Assembly (NCBI GenBank): GCA_041389885.1
Contig: JAWKRB010000021.1
Coordinates: 56,842 to 120,841 of the forward strand
Origin: Polyangiales bacterium
GTDB taxonomy: Bacteria; Myxococcota_A; Polyangia; Polyangiales; Ga0077539
Length of the DNA: 64,000 nucleotides
Direction of reading: 5' to 3'
Shown here: positions 7,373 to 17,025 of the stretch, one piece after another
How the letters are laid out: every line of letters begins with the position of its first letter
Position numbering within the stretch: the first letter of the stretch is position 1
The notes under the pieces: generated by a model
What the model was told of the DNA's origin: nothing
The model's input: only the letters and a program-made list of their open reading frames with translations
The model's database searches: none
Position numbers and translations under genes: made by a program

Positions 7373-9559
7373 ATGAGGTATCAGGTTCAACGCTCCGCCC
7401 TCGCGCTGCTCATGGCCGCGGCGCTGGGCGCCGTCGGGTGCGGCTCAGACTCGCCCGCCGACGACGCGGGCGCCGACGCGCAGGTCGCGAAGGACACGCA
7501 GGGCGGCGACGACGTCGTCGACCCCGACGGCGCCGCGCCCGCCGATGTCGTCACCGAGACGGACGTCGTCCCCGGGATGGACGTCGTCTCCGAGATGGAC
7601 GTCGTCTCCGAGATGGACGTCGTCCCCGAGTCCGACGCCGCCACCGAGGCCGACGCCGTCACCCAGCCTGACTCGGGCGGGTGCGCGGCGGGGCAGACGA
7701 CGTGCAACGGCGGTTGCGTCGACACCGCGACCGACCCCGCGAACTGCGGCGCCTGCGGCACCGCCTGCCCCACCGGGCAGGTGTGCAGCGCGGGGCTCTG
7801 CGCGACGGGCTGCGAGGGCGCCCTCACGAGCTGCGGCGGCGCGTGCGTCGACACCTCGTCTGACAGCGCGAACTGCGGCGTGTGCGGCCGCGCGTGCGCC
7901 GGCGGCACCACCTGCGCGATGGGCGTGTGCGTGTGCCCCGCGGGGCAGTCGCTCTGCGGCGGCGCGTGCGTCGACCTCAGCGCCAACCCGGCGAACTGCG
8001 GCGCCTGCGGCACCGCCTGCCCCACCGGGCAGCTCTGCAGCGCGGGCGCCTGCGGCAGCACCTGCGCGGCGGGCCAGACGGCCTGCGGCGGGTCGTGCGT
8101 GAACACCCAGACCGACGCGGCCAACTGCGGCGCCTGCGGCGCCCGCTGCGCGGGCGGCAGCGCGTGCGTGATGGGCGAGTGCGCGTGCCCGTCGGGGCAG
8201 GTGCGCTGCAACGGCACCTGCGTCAACGCGCAGACCGACGCGGCCAACTGCGGCATGTGCGGGCGCGTCTGCCCGACCGGCCAGCGCTGCGCCAACGGCG
8301 CCTGCGAGCTGGGCTGCCCGACGGGGCAGGTCGCCTGCGGCGGCTCGTGCGTGAACACCCAGACCGACGCCGCCAACTGCGGCATGTGCGGCACCCGCTG
8401 CACCAACGGAAACACCTGCCAGGCCGGCCGCTGCGCGTGCCCCGCGGGGCAGACGCTCTGCAACGGCGCCTGCGTCGACGTGAACACCAGCCGCACCGAC
8501 TGCGGCCGCTGCGGCAACCTCTGCGGCGGCGGGCTCAGCTGCGTGATGGGCCTCTGCGCGTGCCCCGCGGGCCAGGCGTACTGCAACGGCGCCTGCGTCG
8601 ACGTGCAGTCGAACCGCACCCACTGCGGCGCCTGCGGCAACGTGTGCCCCTTCAACCGCGTGTGCAGCGCGGGCATGTGCGCCACGAGCTGCCCGACCGG
8701 GCAGACCGCGTGCAACGGCGGCTGCTACGCGACGCAGACCGATCCGCTCAATTGCGGCGCGTGCGGGCGGCGCTGCGCCACCGGGCAGAGCTGCACCGCG
8801 GGCCGCTGCGCGTGCCCGACCGGGCAGACCGTGTGCAACAACGCCTGCGTCAACACGCAGACCGACGCCCGCAACTGCGGCGCCTGCGGGCGCGTCTGCG
8901 CCACGGGGCAGAGCTGCGCCATGGGCGCCTGCGCGTGCCCGACCGGCCAGAGCCTCTGCAACGGCCGCTGCGTCGACACGCAGAGCAACGGCGAGAACTG
9001 CGGCCGCTGCGGCAACGTCTGCCGCAACGGGACCACCTGCCAGATGGGCGCCTGCGCCTGCCCCGCCGGGCAGATCGCGTGCAACGGGCAGTGCGTGAAC
9101 CTCCAGACCAACGCGAACAACTGCGGCTCCTGCGGCACGATCTGCCGCAGCGGGACCACCTGTCAGGCCGGCCGCTGCGCCTGCCCCACGGGGCAGACCC
9201 TCTGCAGCGGCGTGTGCGTGAACACCCAGACCAGCAACCAGCACTGCGGTCGCTGCGGCAACCTCTGCCTCGGCTCGGGCGTGTCGTGCATGGCGGGCAC
9301 CTGCGCCTGCCCCACGGGGCAGACCCTCTGCAGCGGCGCGTGCGTGAACCTCCAGACCAGCAACCAGCACTGCGGCGCCTGCGGCAACCTCTGCGCGGGC
9401 GCGGGCGTCTCGTGCATGGCCGGGCGCTGCGCCTGCGCCACGGGCCAGACCCTCTGCGGCGGCCGCTGCGTGAACACCCAGACCGACACGGCCAACTGCG
9501 GCGCGTGCGGCACCACGTGCAACCGCCTGCAGCGCTGCCTCATGGGCGCCTGCCGCTGA
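7373..9559 (+). CDS. Cysteine-rich repeat lipoprotein with 15 tandem ~41-aa, 8-Cys modules containing (N/D/H)CGxCG
   Basis: GGAG lies 8-11 nt upstream of ATG 7373. The signal and lipobox are MRYQVQRSALALLMAAALGAVGC. The module consensus is C-x2-GQ-x2-C-x2-x-C-V-x6-(N)CGxCG-x2-C-x5-C-x3-C. As I recall, this resembles Stig1-like or myxobacterial cysteine-rich repeats. Confidence 0.9.
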   Translation: MRYQVQRSALALLMAAALGAVGCGSDSPADDAGADAQVAKDTQGGDDVVDPDGAAPADVVTETDVVPGMDVVSEMDVVSEMDVVPESDAATEADAVTQPDSGGCAAGQTTCNGGCVDTATDPANCGACGTACPTGQVCSAGLCATGCEGALTSCGGACVDTSSDSANCGVCGRACAGGTTCAMGVCVCPAGQSLCGGACVDLSANPANCGACGTACPTGQLCSAGACGSTCAAGQTACGGSCVNTQTDAANCGACGARCAGGSACVMGECACPSGQVRCNGTCVNAQTDAANCGMCGRVCPTGQRCANGACELGCPTGQVACGGSCVNTQTDAANCGMCGTRCTNGNTCQAGRCACPAGQTLCNGACVDVNTSRTDCGRCGNLCGGGLSCVMGLCACPAGQAYCNGACVDVQSNRTHCGACGNVCPFNRVCSAGMCATSCPTGQTACNGGCYATQTDPLNCGACGRRCATGQSCTAGRCACPTGQTVCNNACVNTQTDARNCGACGRVCATGQSCAMGACACPTGQSLCNGRCVDTQSNGENCGRCGNVCRNGTTCQMGACACPAGQIACNGQCVNLQTNANNCGSCGTICRSGTTCQAGRCACPTGQTLCSGVCVNTQTSNQHCGRCGNLCLGSGVSCMAGTCACPTGQTLCSGACVNLQTSNQHCGACGNLCAGAGVSCMAGRCACATGQTLCGGRCVNTQTDTANCGACGTTCNRLQRCLMGACR
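7559..7630 (+). repeat. In-frame tandem repeat of 4 x 18 bp, encoding (T/M)DVV(P/S)(G/E)
   Basis: The units are acggacgtcgtccccggg, atggacgtcgtctccgag twice, and atggacgtcgtccccgag. They lie in the acidic linker after the lipobox. Confidence 0.85.
7682..9556 (+). repeat. Array of 15 degenerate ~125-bp coding repeats (the Cys modules)
   Basis: I counted 15 occurrences of (N/D/H)CG(A/V/M/R/S)CG in the translated product, at regular spacing. Confidence 0.85.
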
Positions 9560-9607
9560 CCGCCCCCGCGCCGCGCGAGCCCCGCGCGGCGCCCCTCCCT
9601 CCCTGAA

Positions 9608-10507
9608 TCAGCGCGAGAGCGCGAAGCCCAGCGACGCCAGCGCCGAGTGCGCGAGGAGCATGCGCGCCGTCGCGCCCAGCAGCGGGTTGAGCGCCGCGCC
9701 CTGCGTGCCGCTCACCGCGAGGGTGAGCCGCCGCGCGGCGGGGAGCGTGAGCAGCGGGAGGAGCATCCAGGGCGCGCGCAGGGAGGCCGCGAGGGCCACG
9801 GGCACGGCCAGGGCGAGGGCCCAGAGCGCGGCGTACTCGCGCACGCCGAAGGGCCGGCCCCGACGCACCACGAGGGTGCGCTTGCCGGCCTTCACGTCGG
9901 TCTCGTGGTCGCGGACGTTGTTCACCACCAGCACCGCCGTCGCGAGGGCGCCCACGGGCACCGCGGCGGCCCAGGCGGTCCAGGGCACGTCGCCGAGGGC
10001 CACGAGGGCGGTGCCGCACACGGCGACGAGGCCGAAGAACACGAACACGAAGACGTCGCCCAGGCCGTTGTAGCCCAGGGGGTACGGCCCGCCGGTGTAG
10101 GCCACGCCCGAGGCGATGCTCGCGACGCCGATGGCGACGATGGGCCACCCCGCGACCGACACGAGGTACACCCCCGCGAGGGTCGCGAGCGCGAAGGACG
10201 CGATCATCCCGCCGCGCACCTGCCTCGGCGTGAGCAGCCCCGCCTGCGTGACGCGCAGCGGCCCGAGGCGCTCGGCGGTGTCGGCGCCCTTCTCGAAATC
10301 GAACACGTCGTTCGCGAGGTTGGTGCCGATCTGAATGAAGGTCGCGCCCAGCGCCGCGGCGATCACGGCGGACCACCGCACCCGCGACGCCCCCGCGGCG
10401 TGCGCCGACGCCGCCGCGCCCACGAGCACCGGCGCGAGGGCCGCGGTGAGGGTCGCGGGGCGCGTCGCGAGGAGCCACACCCTCGCGGTCGAGGGCCGCT
10501 CGCTCAC
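9608..10507 (-). CDS. menA: 1,4-dihydroxy-2-naphthoate polyprenyltransferase (UbiA superfamily)
   Basis: [34 protein letters not shown] and [22 protein letters not shown] all closely parallel E. coli MenA. The GTG start at 10507 forms a GTGA overlap with the ubiE stop. Confidence 0.85.
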   Translation of the reverse strand: MSERPSTARVWLLATRPATLTAALAPVLVGAAASAHAAGASRVRWSAVIAAALGATFIQIGTNLANDVFDFEKGADTAERLGPLRVTQAGLLTPRQVRGGMIASFALATLAGVYLVSVAGWPIVAIGVASIASGVAYTGGPYPLGYNGLGDVFVFVFFGLVAVCGTALVALGDVPWTAWAAAVPVGALATAVLVVNNVRDHETDVKAGKRTLVVRRGRPFGVREYAALWALALAVPVALAASLRAPWMLLPLLTLPAARRLTLAVSGTQGAALNPLLGATARMLLAHSALASLGFALSR

Positions 10508-11208
10508 GCCGACGGCCTCGGCGTCGCGACGTAGAGGCACACCACGCCGAAGGTCATGGGCTGCACCGACAGCACGTCGAGGCCGGCCTCGCGCATCACG
10601 TCGGCGAAGGCCTCGGGGCGCGGAAAGGCCGCGATGGAGCGGTGCAGGTAGCGGTACTCCTTGGAGCCCGAGAGGATCGAGCCGATCCACGGCACCACGT
10701 GGTGGATGTGAAACCTCGCGAAGGCCGAGAGCGCGCCGCCGTCAGGATCGCTGAGCTCGAGGATCGCGACGCGACGTCCCGGCCGGGTGACCCGCGCCAT
10801 TTCGCGCAGCGCCGCAGGGCGATCGACGACGTTGCGAATGCCGAAGGCCATGGTGATCCCGTCGACGCTCTGGTCCTCAAGGTCGAGCTTCTCGGCGGCG
10901 CCGTAGCGCAGCGAGACGCGCTCGGCGAGGCCCATCGCGGCGAGCTTGCGGTCGCCCACAGCGAGCATGTTGCGCGAGGGGTCGACGCCGACGACGGTGG
11001 TCCCAGGGCAGCGCCGCGCGGTGAGGATCGCGAGGTCGGCGGTGCCCGTCGCGAGGTCGAGGGCGCGGTCGCCCTCGCGGAGCTCCAGGGCGTCGACGGT
11101 GCGTCGCCGCCAGCGCTGATCGACCCCGAGGGAGATGATCCGGTTGAGCAGGTCGTAGCGACCCGCGATGCGGTCGAACATCTCGCCGCTGCCCTCGCGA
11201 GGGACCAT
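10504..11208 (-). CDS. ubiE: Demethylmenaquinone / ubiquinone C-methyltransferase
   Basis: [25 protein letters not shown] and the SAM motif [10 protein letters not shown] are present. The ATG at 11208 lies 11 nt after the upstream stop. The longer ORF-track version (to 11922) is a shadow extension. Confidence 0.9.
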   Translation of the reverse strand: MVPREGSGEMFDRIAGRYDLLNRIISLGVDQRWRRRTVDALELREGDRALDLATGTADLAILTARRCPGTTVVGVDPSRNMLAVGDRKLAAMGLAERVSLRYGAAEKLDLEDQSVDGITMAFGIRNVVDRPAALREMARVTRPGRRVAILELSDPDGGALSAFARFHIHHVVPWIGSILSGSKEYRYLHRSIAAFPRPEAFADVMREAGLDVLSVQPMTFGVVCLYVATPRPSA

Positions 11209-11219
11209 CGCCGAGCCGC

Positions 11220-12386
11220 TCACTTCGCGCTCCCGCAGGGGTCGTGCTTGCGGTTGTGCAGCCGCATGTGCCCGCGCTGAATCCCCTCGGACGCGAGGGC
11301 GCGCAGCGCCGCCATGTTCGACGCGAGGCCCACGCTCGCGAGCACCACGGCGAGGTCGCGCGCGGACCGGGTTCCCACCAGCTTGAAGGCCGCGCGCACG
11401 CCCTCGTGGGCCTGCGTCGAGCCGCCGACGGTGCCCACGGCCAGGGGGAGCTCGCAGCGCCCCTCGAGCCCGCCCTTCACCCTGCGCCAGGTGCTCAGCG
11501 GGCGGTACGCGCCGTCGCGGGCGGCCCAGGCGTGGGCGCCGGCCTCGATGCCGCGCCAGTCCTGCCCGAGGGCCACGGCGGCGGCGTCGACGCCGTTCAT
11601 GAAGCCCTTGTTGTGCGTGACCGCGCGGTACGGGTCGAGGTCGGCGAAGCGGCTCGCGCGGGCGATGCCCTCGGCGATGGCCGCGCCGCCGAGGGCGTCG
11701 TCGGACACGAAGCACCCCGCGCGCACCGTGCGGTGCGTGGTGAGGTTCGAGAGGATCCGCAGCCCGACGGTGCCGCCCACGATCTCGTGGATCGCCCCGG
11801 CGAGGGCCTCGGCGACGGTGTCGACGGTGTTGGCGCCCATGGCGTCGCCCACGTCGACGTAGACGTGCACCACCAGCAGCCCGAAGCTCCGGTCGATGAC
11901 CCGCACCTCGAGGTCGCGGCACCCGAAGCCGCGCTCGACCATGCGCGGGATCGACTCGTCGCCCAGCGCGAGGAGCATGGGCTTGTGCGCCATCACCCGC
12001 GCCGCGGCGGCGTCGCAGTCGCGCACGTCGTCGAACTGCACCTGCCCCGTCATCAGCGACGGGGTCGCCTCGCCGTGAAAGCCCCCCGACGCGCGGACCA
12101 TCCTCGCCGCGTTGCTCGCCGCGGCCACCACCGACGGCTCCTCCACCGCCATGGGGACCACCACGTCGCGGTCGTTGACGGTGAAGTTCAGCGCGACGCC
12201 GAGCGGGAGCCCGTGGATCGCGACGACGTTCTCGACCATCTTGTCGGCGACGCTGAGCGAGAGCCCGCCGCCCTGGAGCAAGAACGCGCAGGTCTCCTCG
12301 TCGGCCCCGGCCTCGGCCTGCAGCGCGGCGACGCGCGCCGCGACGTCCTTGCGGTAGAACCCGCTCAACCTGCTCGTGAAGCTCAT
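11220..12386 (-). CDS. mvaA: Class II (NAD(P)-dependent, degradative-type) HMG-CoA reductase with a short C-terminus
   Basis: VEEPSVVAAASNAA, DAMGANTVDT, THNKGFMNG, GTVGG and GIQRGHMRLH closely parallel Pseudomonas mevalonii HMGR. There is an ATGA overlap with the upstream gene at 12383-12386. Confidence 0.9.
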   Translation of the reverse strand: MSFTSRLSGFYRKDVAARVAALQAEAGADEETCAFLLQGGGLSLSVADKMVENVVAIHGLPLGVALNFTVNDRDVVVPMAVEEPSVVAAASNAARMVRASGGFHGEATPSLMTGQVQFDDVRDCDAAAARVMAHKPMLLALGDESIPRMVERGFGCRDLEVRVIDRSFGLLVVHVYVDVGDAMGANTVDTVAEALAGAIHEIVGGTVGLRILSNLTTHRTVRAGCFVSDDALGGAAIAEGIARASRFADLDPYRAVTHNKGFMNGVDAAAVALGQDWRGIEAGAHAWAARDGAYRPLSTWRRVKGGLEGRCELPLAVGTVGGSTQAHEGVRAAFKLVGTRSARDLAVVLASVGLASNMAALRALASEGIQRGHMRLHNRKHDPCGSAK

Positions 12387-13369
12387 CGCAGTCCCCCTTC
12401 GCGCAGCGCGCGCAGCGCCTCTCGGAGCTGGGCAGGCAGCAGCGCCTGCGGCCCGTCAGAGAGCGCCCTCCCCGGATCGTCGTGCGTCTCGATCATCACC
12501 CCCGCGGCGCCCGCGGCGAGGGCCGCCCGCGCGAGGGGCAGCACCAGGTCGCGGCGCCCGGTCGCGTGCGAGGGGTCGGCGATCACCGGCAGCTTGTACA
12601 CCTCCGAGAGCAGCGCGACGGCGCCGAGGTCGAGGAGGTTCCTCGTGCTCGGGTCGAAGCCTCGAATGCCGCGCTCGCAGAAGATCACCCCCGGCGCGCC
12701 GTGCTTCAAGAGGTACTCCCCCGCGAGGAGCCACTCCTCCACCGTCGCCGACATCGCGCGCTTGAGCAGCACCGGGCGCCCCGCGGCGCCGACGGCCTTG
12801 AGCAGCGAGAAGTTCTGCATGTTGCGCGAGCCCACCTGCACGAGGTCGGCGTACTCCGCGACGACCGCGACGTCGCCCTCGCCCAGGGCCTCGGTCACCA
12901 CCCGTAGCCCGTGGGCGTCGGCGGCGCGGCGCATCCAGCGCAGGGCGTCTTCGCCGTGGCCCTGAAACGCGTAGGGCGACGTGCGGGGCTTGTACGCGCC
13001 GCCCCGGAGCAGCTGCGCGCCCGCCGCGGCGACCTGCGCGGCGATGATGTCGACCTGCGCCTGCGTCTCGATGGCGCAGGGGCCGCAGAGAAAGACCGGG
13101 GCGCCGTCGCCCACGCGCAGGCCGCGCACGTCGACCACGGGGCCCTGGGCGTCGACGCGGGGGTGCGCCGAGGGCTCCACCGCGATGTCTGACACGCCGG
13201 GGACCTCGCGGACCCGCTCCGAGGTCACCGACGTGGACGACTCGGAGACCACGAAGAGGGTGCTGCCCGTGGCGGGCATGCGCGTGGCGGGCCCGAGCCA
13301 GAGGCCGAGCTCGACGAGGGCGCGCCGCGCGAGGTCGACGTCGGCGCCGGGGTGCAGGGTGATGATCAT
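12383..13369 (-). CDS. 3-deoxy-7-phosphoheptulonate (DAHP) synthase, type I-beta, with an N-terminal ferredoxin-like regulatory domain
   Basis: KPRTSPYAFQG, GSRNMQNF and ADPSHATG are present. The start is MIITLHPG, derived by arithmetic from the ORF track. It lies 1 nt after the polyprenyl synthase stop. Confidence 0.85.
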   Translation of the reverse strand: MIITLHPGADVDLARRALVELGLWLGPATRMPATGSTLFVVSESSTSVTSERVREVPGVSDIAVEPSAHPRVDAQGPVVDVRGLRVGDGAPVFLCGPCAIETQAQVDIIAAQVAAAGAQLLRGGAYKPRTSPYAFQGHGEDALRWMRRAADAHGLRVVTEALGEGDVAVVAEYADLVQVGSRNMQNFSLLKAVGAAGRPVLLKRAMSATVEEWLLAGEYLLKHGAPGVIFCERGIRGFDPSTRNLLDLGAVALLSEVYKLPVIADPSHATGRRDLVLPLARAALAAGAAGVMIETHDDPGRALSDGPQALLPAQLREALRALREGGLR

Positions 13370-13370
13370 G

Positions 13371-14435
13371 TCACTTCCTCCGGTCGACCATCGCCAGGGC
13401 GACGTCTGCAAGGGAGTCTCTCGCCCGACCCGGCGGCAGCTCGCCGAGGGTCGAGACCGCCTCGCGCACCAGGCGCAGCGCGAGCTCGCGGCTCTCCTCG
13501 GCCGCGCCGGTCTCGCGCAGCGCGGCGCTCACCGCGCGGAGGAGGGCGGGGTCCAGGGCGCGGCCCTCGTGGGCCAGGGCCTCTTCGAGCAGCGCGCGCA
13601 CCCTCGGGTCGCGCTCGACGGCCACCATCACGGGGTGCGTCAGCTTGCCCTCGCGGAGGTCCGAGAACACCTCCTTGCCGAGCTCGGCGTGGTCGCCGAC
13701 GAGGTCGAGCACGTCGTCCATCACCTGAAAGGCCACGCCCATCTTGCCGCCGTACCCCTCGAGCAGCGCGCAGTGCGCGGGGTTGAGCCCCCCCGCGCGG
13801 GCGCCGGCGAAGAGCGCCCAGCGAAACAGCGACGCGGTCTTGCCCTCGACGACGCGAAAGTACGCCTCGGTGCCCTGGGGCACGCGCCCCCGCGCGGCGA
13901 GCTGCAGGGCCTCGCCCGCGAGCATCTGCCGCAGCACGTCGAGGGCGCGGTCGAGGAGGTCGTCGAGGCCGGTGCGGCGGATGCGGGAGATCCCCTCGAC
14001 CAGCAGCCAGTCGCCCGCGAAGATCGACGCGGTGTTGCCGTAGACCACCCGCGCCGCGGGGGCGCCGCGGCGGAGGTCGCCGAGGTCGACCACGTCGTCG
14101 TGGAGCAGCGTGGCGTCGTGCACGAGCTCGGCGGCGACGGCGAGGTCGCGGGCCCGGGCGTCGAAGCCCGCGCCGACGCGGGACGCGAGGGCCACGCAGA
14201 GCGGGCGCAGGCGCTTGCCGCCCTGCGAGAGCAGGTGCCGCGCCGCCGCGCGCATGGGGTCCTCTCCCCGCTCCAGGGAGGCGAGCTCGGCCTCGACGTC
14301 GGCGAGGTCCGAGGCGATCCACGCGCGCAGGGAGGCGATGCGCTCGGCGATGTCGGGCGCGCCCCGCGCGGCGGAGACGTGCTCCAGCGTGCCCATGGTG
14401 TCGTAGCGCTCCGCGCTGTCGGTCATGAAGTTCAT
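13371..14435 (-). CDS. Long-chain polyprenyl diphosphate synthase (IspB-like)
   Basis: The first motif is LLHDDVVDLGDLRRG (DDxxD) and the second is FQVMDDVLDL. Chain length cannot be read from the sequence. Confidence 0.9.
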   Translation of the reverse strand: MNFMTDSAERYDTMGTLEHVSAARGAPDIAERIASLRAWIASDLADVEAELASLERGEDPMRAAARHLLSQGGKRLRPLCVALASRVGAGFDARARDLAVAAELVHDATLLHDDVVDLGDLRRGAPAARVVYGNTASIFAGDWLLVEGISRIRRTGLDDLLDRALDVLRQMLAGEALQLAARGRVPQGTEAYFRVVEGKTASLFRWALFAGARAGGLNPAHCALLEGYGGKMGVAFQVMDDVLDLVGDHAELGKEVFSDLREGKLTHPVMVAVERDPRVRALLEEALAHEGRALDPALLRAVSAALRETGAAEESRELALRLVREAVSTLGELPPGRARDSLADVALAMVDRRK

Positions 14436-14995
14436 CCCTTGCGCCCCTTCTGCCCCGAGGCGACCGCCGCGGGTCGCGCCATGCGGAGCAGGTCACCGAA
14501 CCCCGAGAAGTCTGCCCGCCGCGAGGCGAGACACGACTCGATCACCAGCTCGCCCATCTCGGCGAAGCTCAGCAGCCGCTGCACCCGCTCGACGCGCGCC
14601 CGCGAGCCCCGCCCCTGCGGCGCGCCCTTGAGCATCGCCTTCGCGCGCTCGAGGCGCTCGCGCACCGAGTTGAGCAAGAAGCTCTCGCGCTCGTGCACGA
14701 CCTTGGAGATCATGCGCCAGAAGTCGGTCTCGGCCTCGTAGAACTCCCGCCGCTCGCCGGGGCGCCACACCCGCCGCACCACGCCCCAGCGCTGCAGCTC
14801 GCCCAGGGCGCCGCTCACGGCCCCCGCGGACATCTGCAGCCGCTCGCCCAGCTCCCCCGCGCACATGGCGTCGTCGTTGAGGTAGAGCACGGTCCACATG
14901 CGGCCCAGGGCCTTGCGAAAGCCCCAGTGCTCGATCACGTCTCCAATGGCCTCGGCGGCCAGCAGCTCGGCCTCGTGCTCCACGGTGAGTTCCAT
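14432..14995 (-). CDS. GbsR/MarR-type winged-helix transcriptional regulator
   Basis: GRMWTVLYLNDDAMCAGELGERLQMSAGAVSGALGELQRWGVVRRVWRPGERREFYEAE fits the family. I prefer ATG 14995 (MELTVEHE) because codons upstream lose GC3 bias. ATG 15034 and GTG 15052 remain possible. There is a 4-nt overlap with the downstream gene. Confidence 0.8.
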   Translation of the reverse strand: MELTVEHEAELLAAEAIGDVIEHWGFRKALGRMWTVLYLNDDAMCAGELGERLQMSAGAVSGALGELQRWGVVRRVWRPGERREFYEAETDFWRMISKVVHERESFLLNSVRERLERAKAMLKGAPQGRGSRARVERVQRLLSFAEMGELVIESCLASRRADFSGFGDLLRMARPAAVASGQKGRKG

Positions 14996-15010
14996 CGTCT
15001 CTCCAGAACT

Positions 15011-15026
15011 TTCAGAAACTTCTGAA
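15011..15026. promoter_or_regulatory. Perfect 7-2-7 palindrome TTCAGAA-ac-TTCTGAA, a candidate operator
   Basis: It lies 16-31 nt upstream of the preferred start of the MarR/GbsR-type regulator, in a locally AT-rich stretch. MarR-family operators are typically short palindromes. Confidence 0.4.
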
Positions 15027-15084
15027 CGCTCCATAGGACCTGAAACGCCCACCGGTCAAGGGGGCTCCCGGGCGATTGCGGGGG

Positions 15085-16911
<1,827 letters not shown>

Positions 16912-17025
16912 CGCCAGTCGCCTCGCAGTGGTGTCGGTGGATCCGACGCGCCCGAACCATGACCCGAGCCGGGCGCGGTCACAATGCGCGGTCGGGCCCA
17001 ACGACCCGGCCGCGGGGGTGAGCGG

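Noticed and set aside
7387-9606. Long ORFs 7387-8715(-), 7445-9370(-), 7882-9606(+) and others across the Cys-repeat gene
   Set aside because: These are repeat-induced open frames. Their products are monotonous Pro/Gln/Ala or Arg/Gly/Ala strings with no signal or motifs. Only the 7373-9559 frame gives the regular 8-Cys module and a lipobox behind an RBS.
11220-12386. Interpreting the locus as a complete mevalonate-pathway cluster
   Set aside because: Only HMG-CoA reductase is present. No HMG-CoA synthase, mevalonate kinase, phosphomevalonate kinase or decarboxylase genes occur in the window.
12981-14741. 586-aa plus-strand ORF over the DAHP synthase and polyprenyl synthase genes, and the 376-aa 13366-14496(-) ORF
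   Set aside because: These are shadow frames. The minus-strand frames chosen carry the DDxxD and KPRTSPY family motifs.
16912-17025. Possible glmS ribozyme or riboswitch in the 114-nt region upstream of glmS
   Set aside because: I could not recognise the conserved glmS-ribozyme core. As far as I know, that element is essentially confined to Gram-positive and Deinococcus-type lineages. A covariance-model scan (Rfam RF00234) would settle it.
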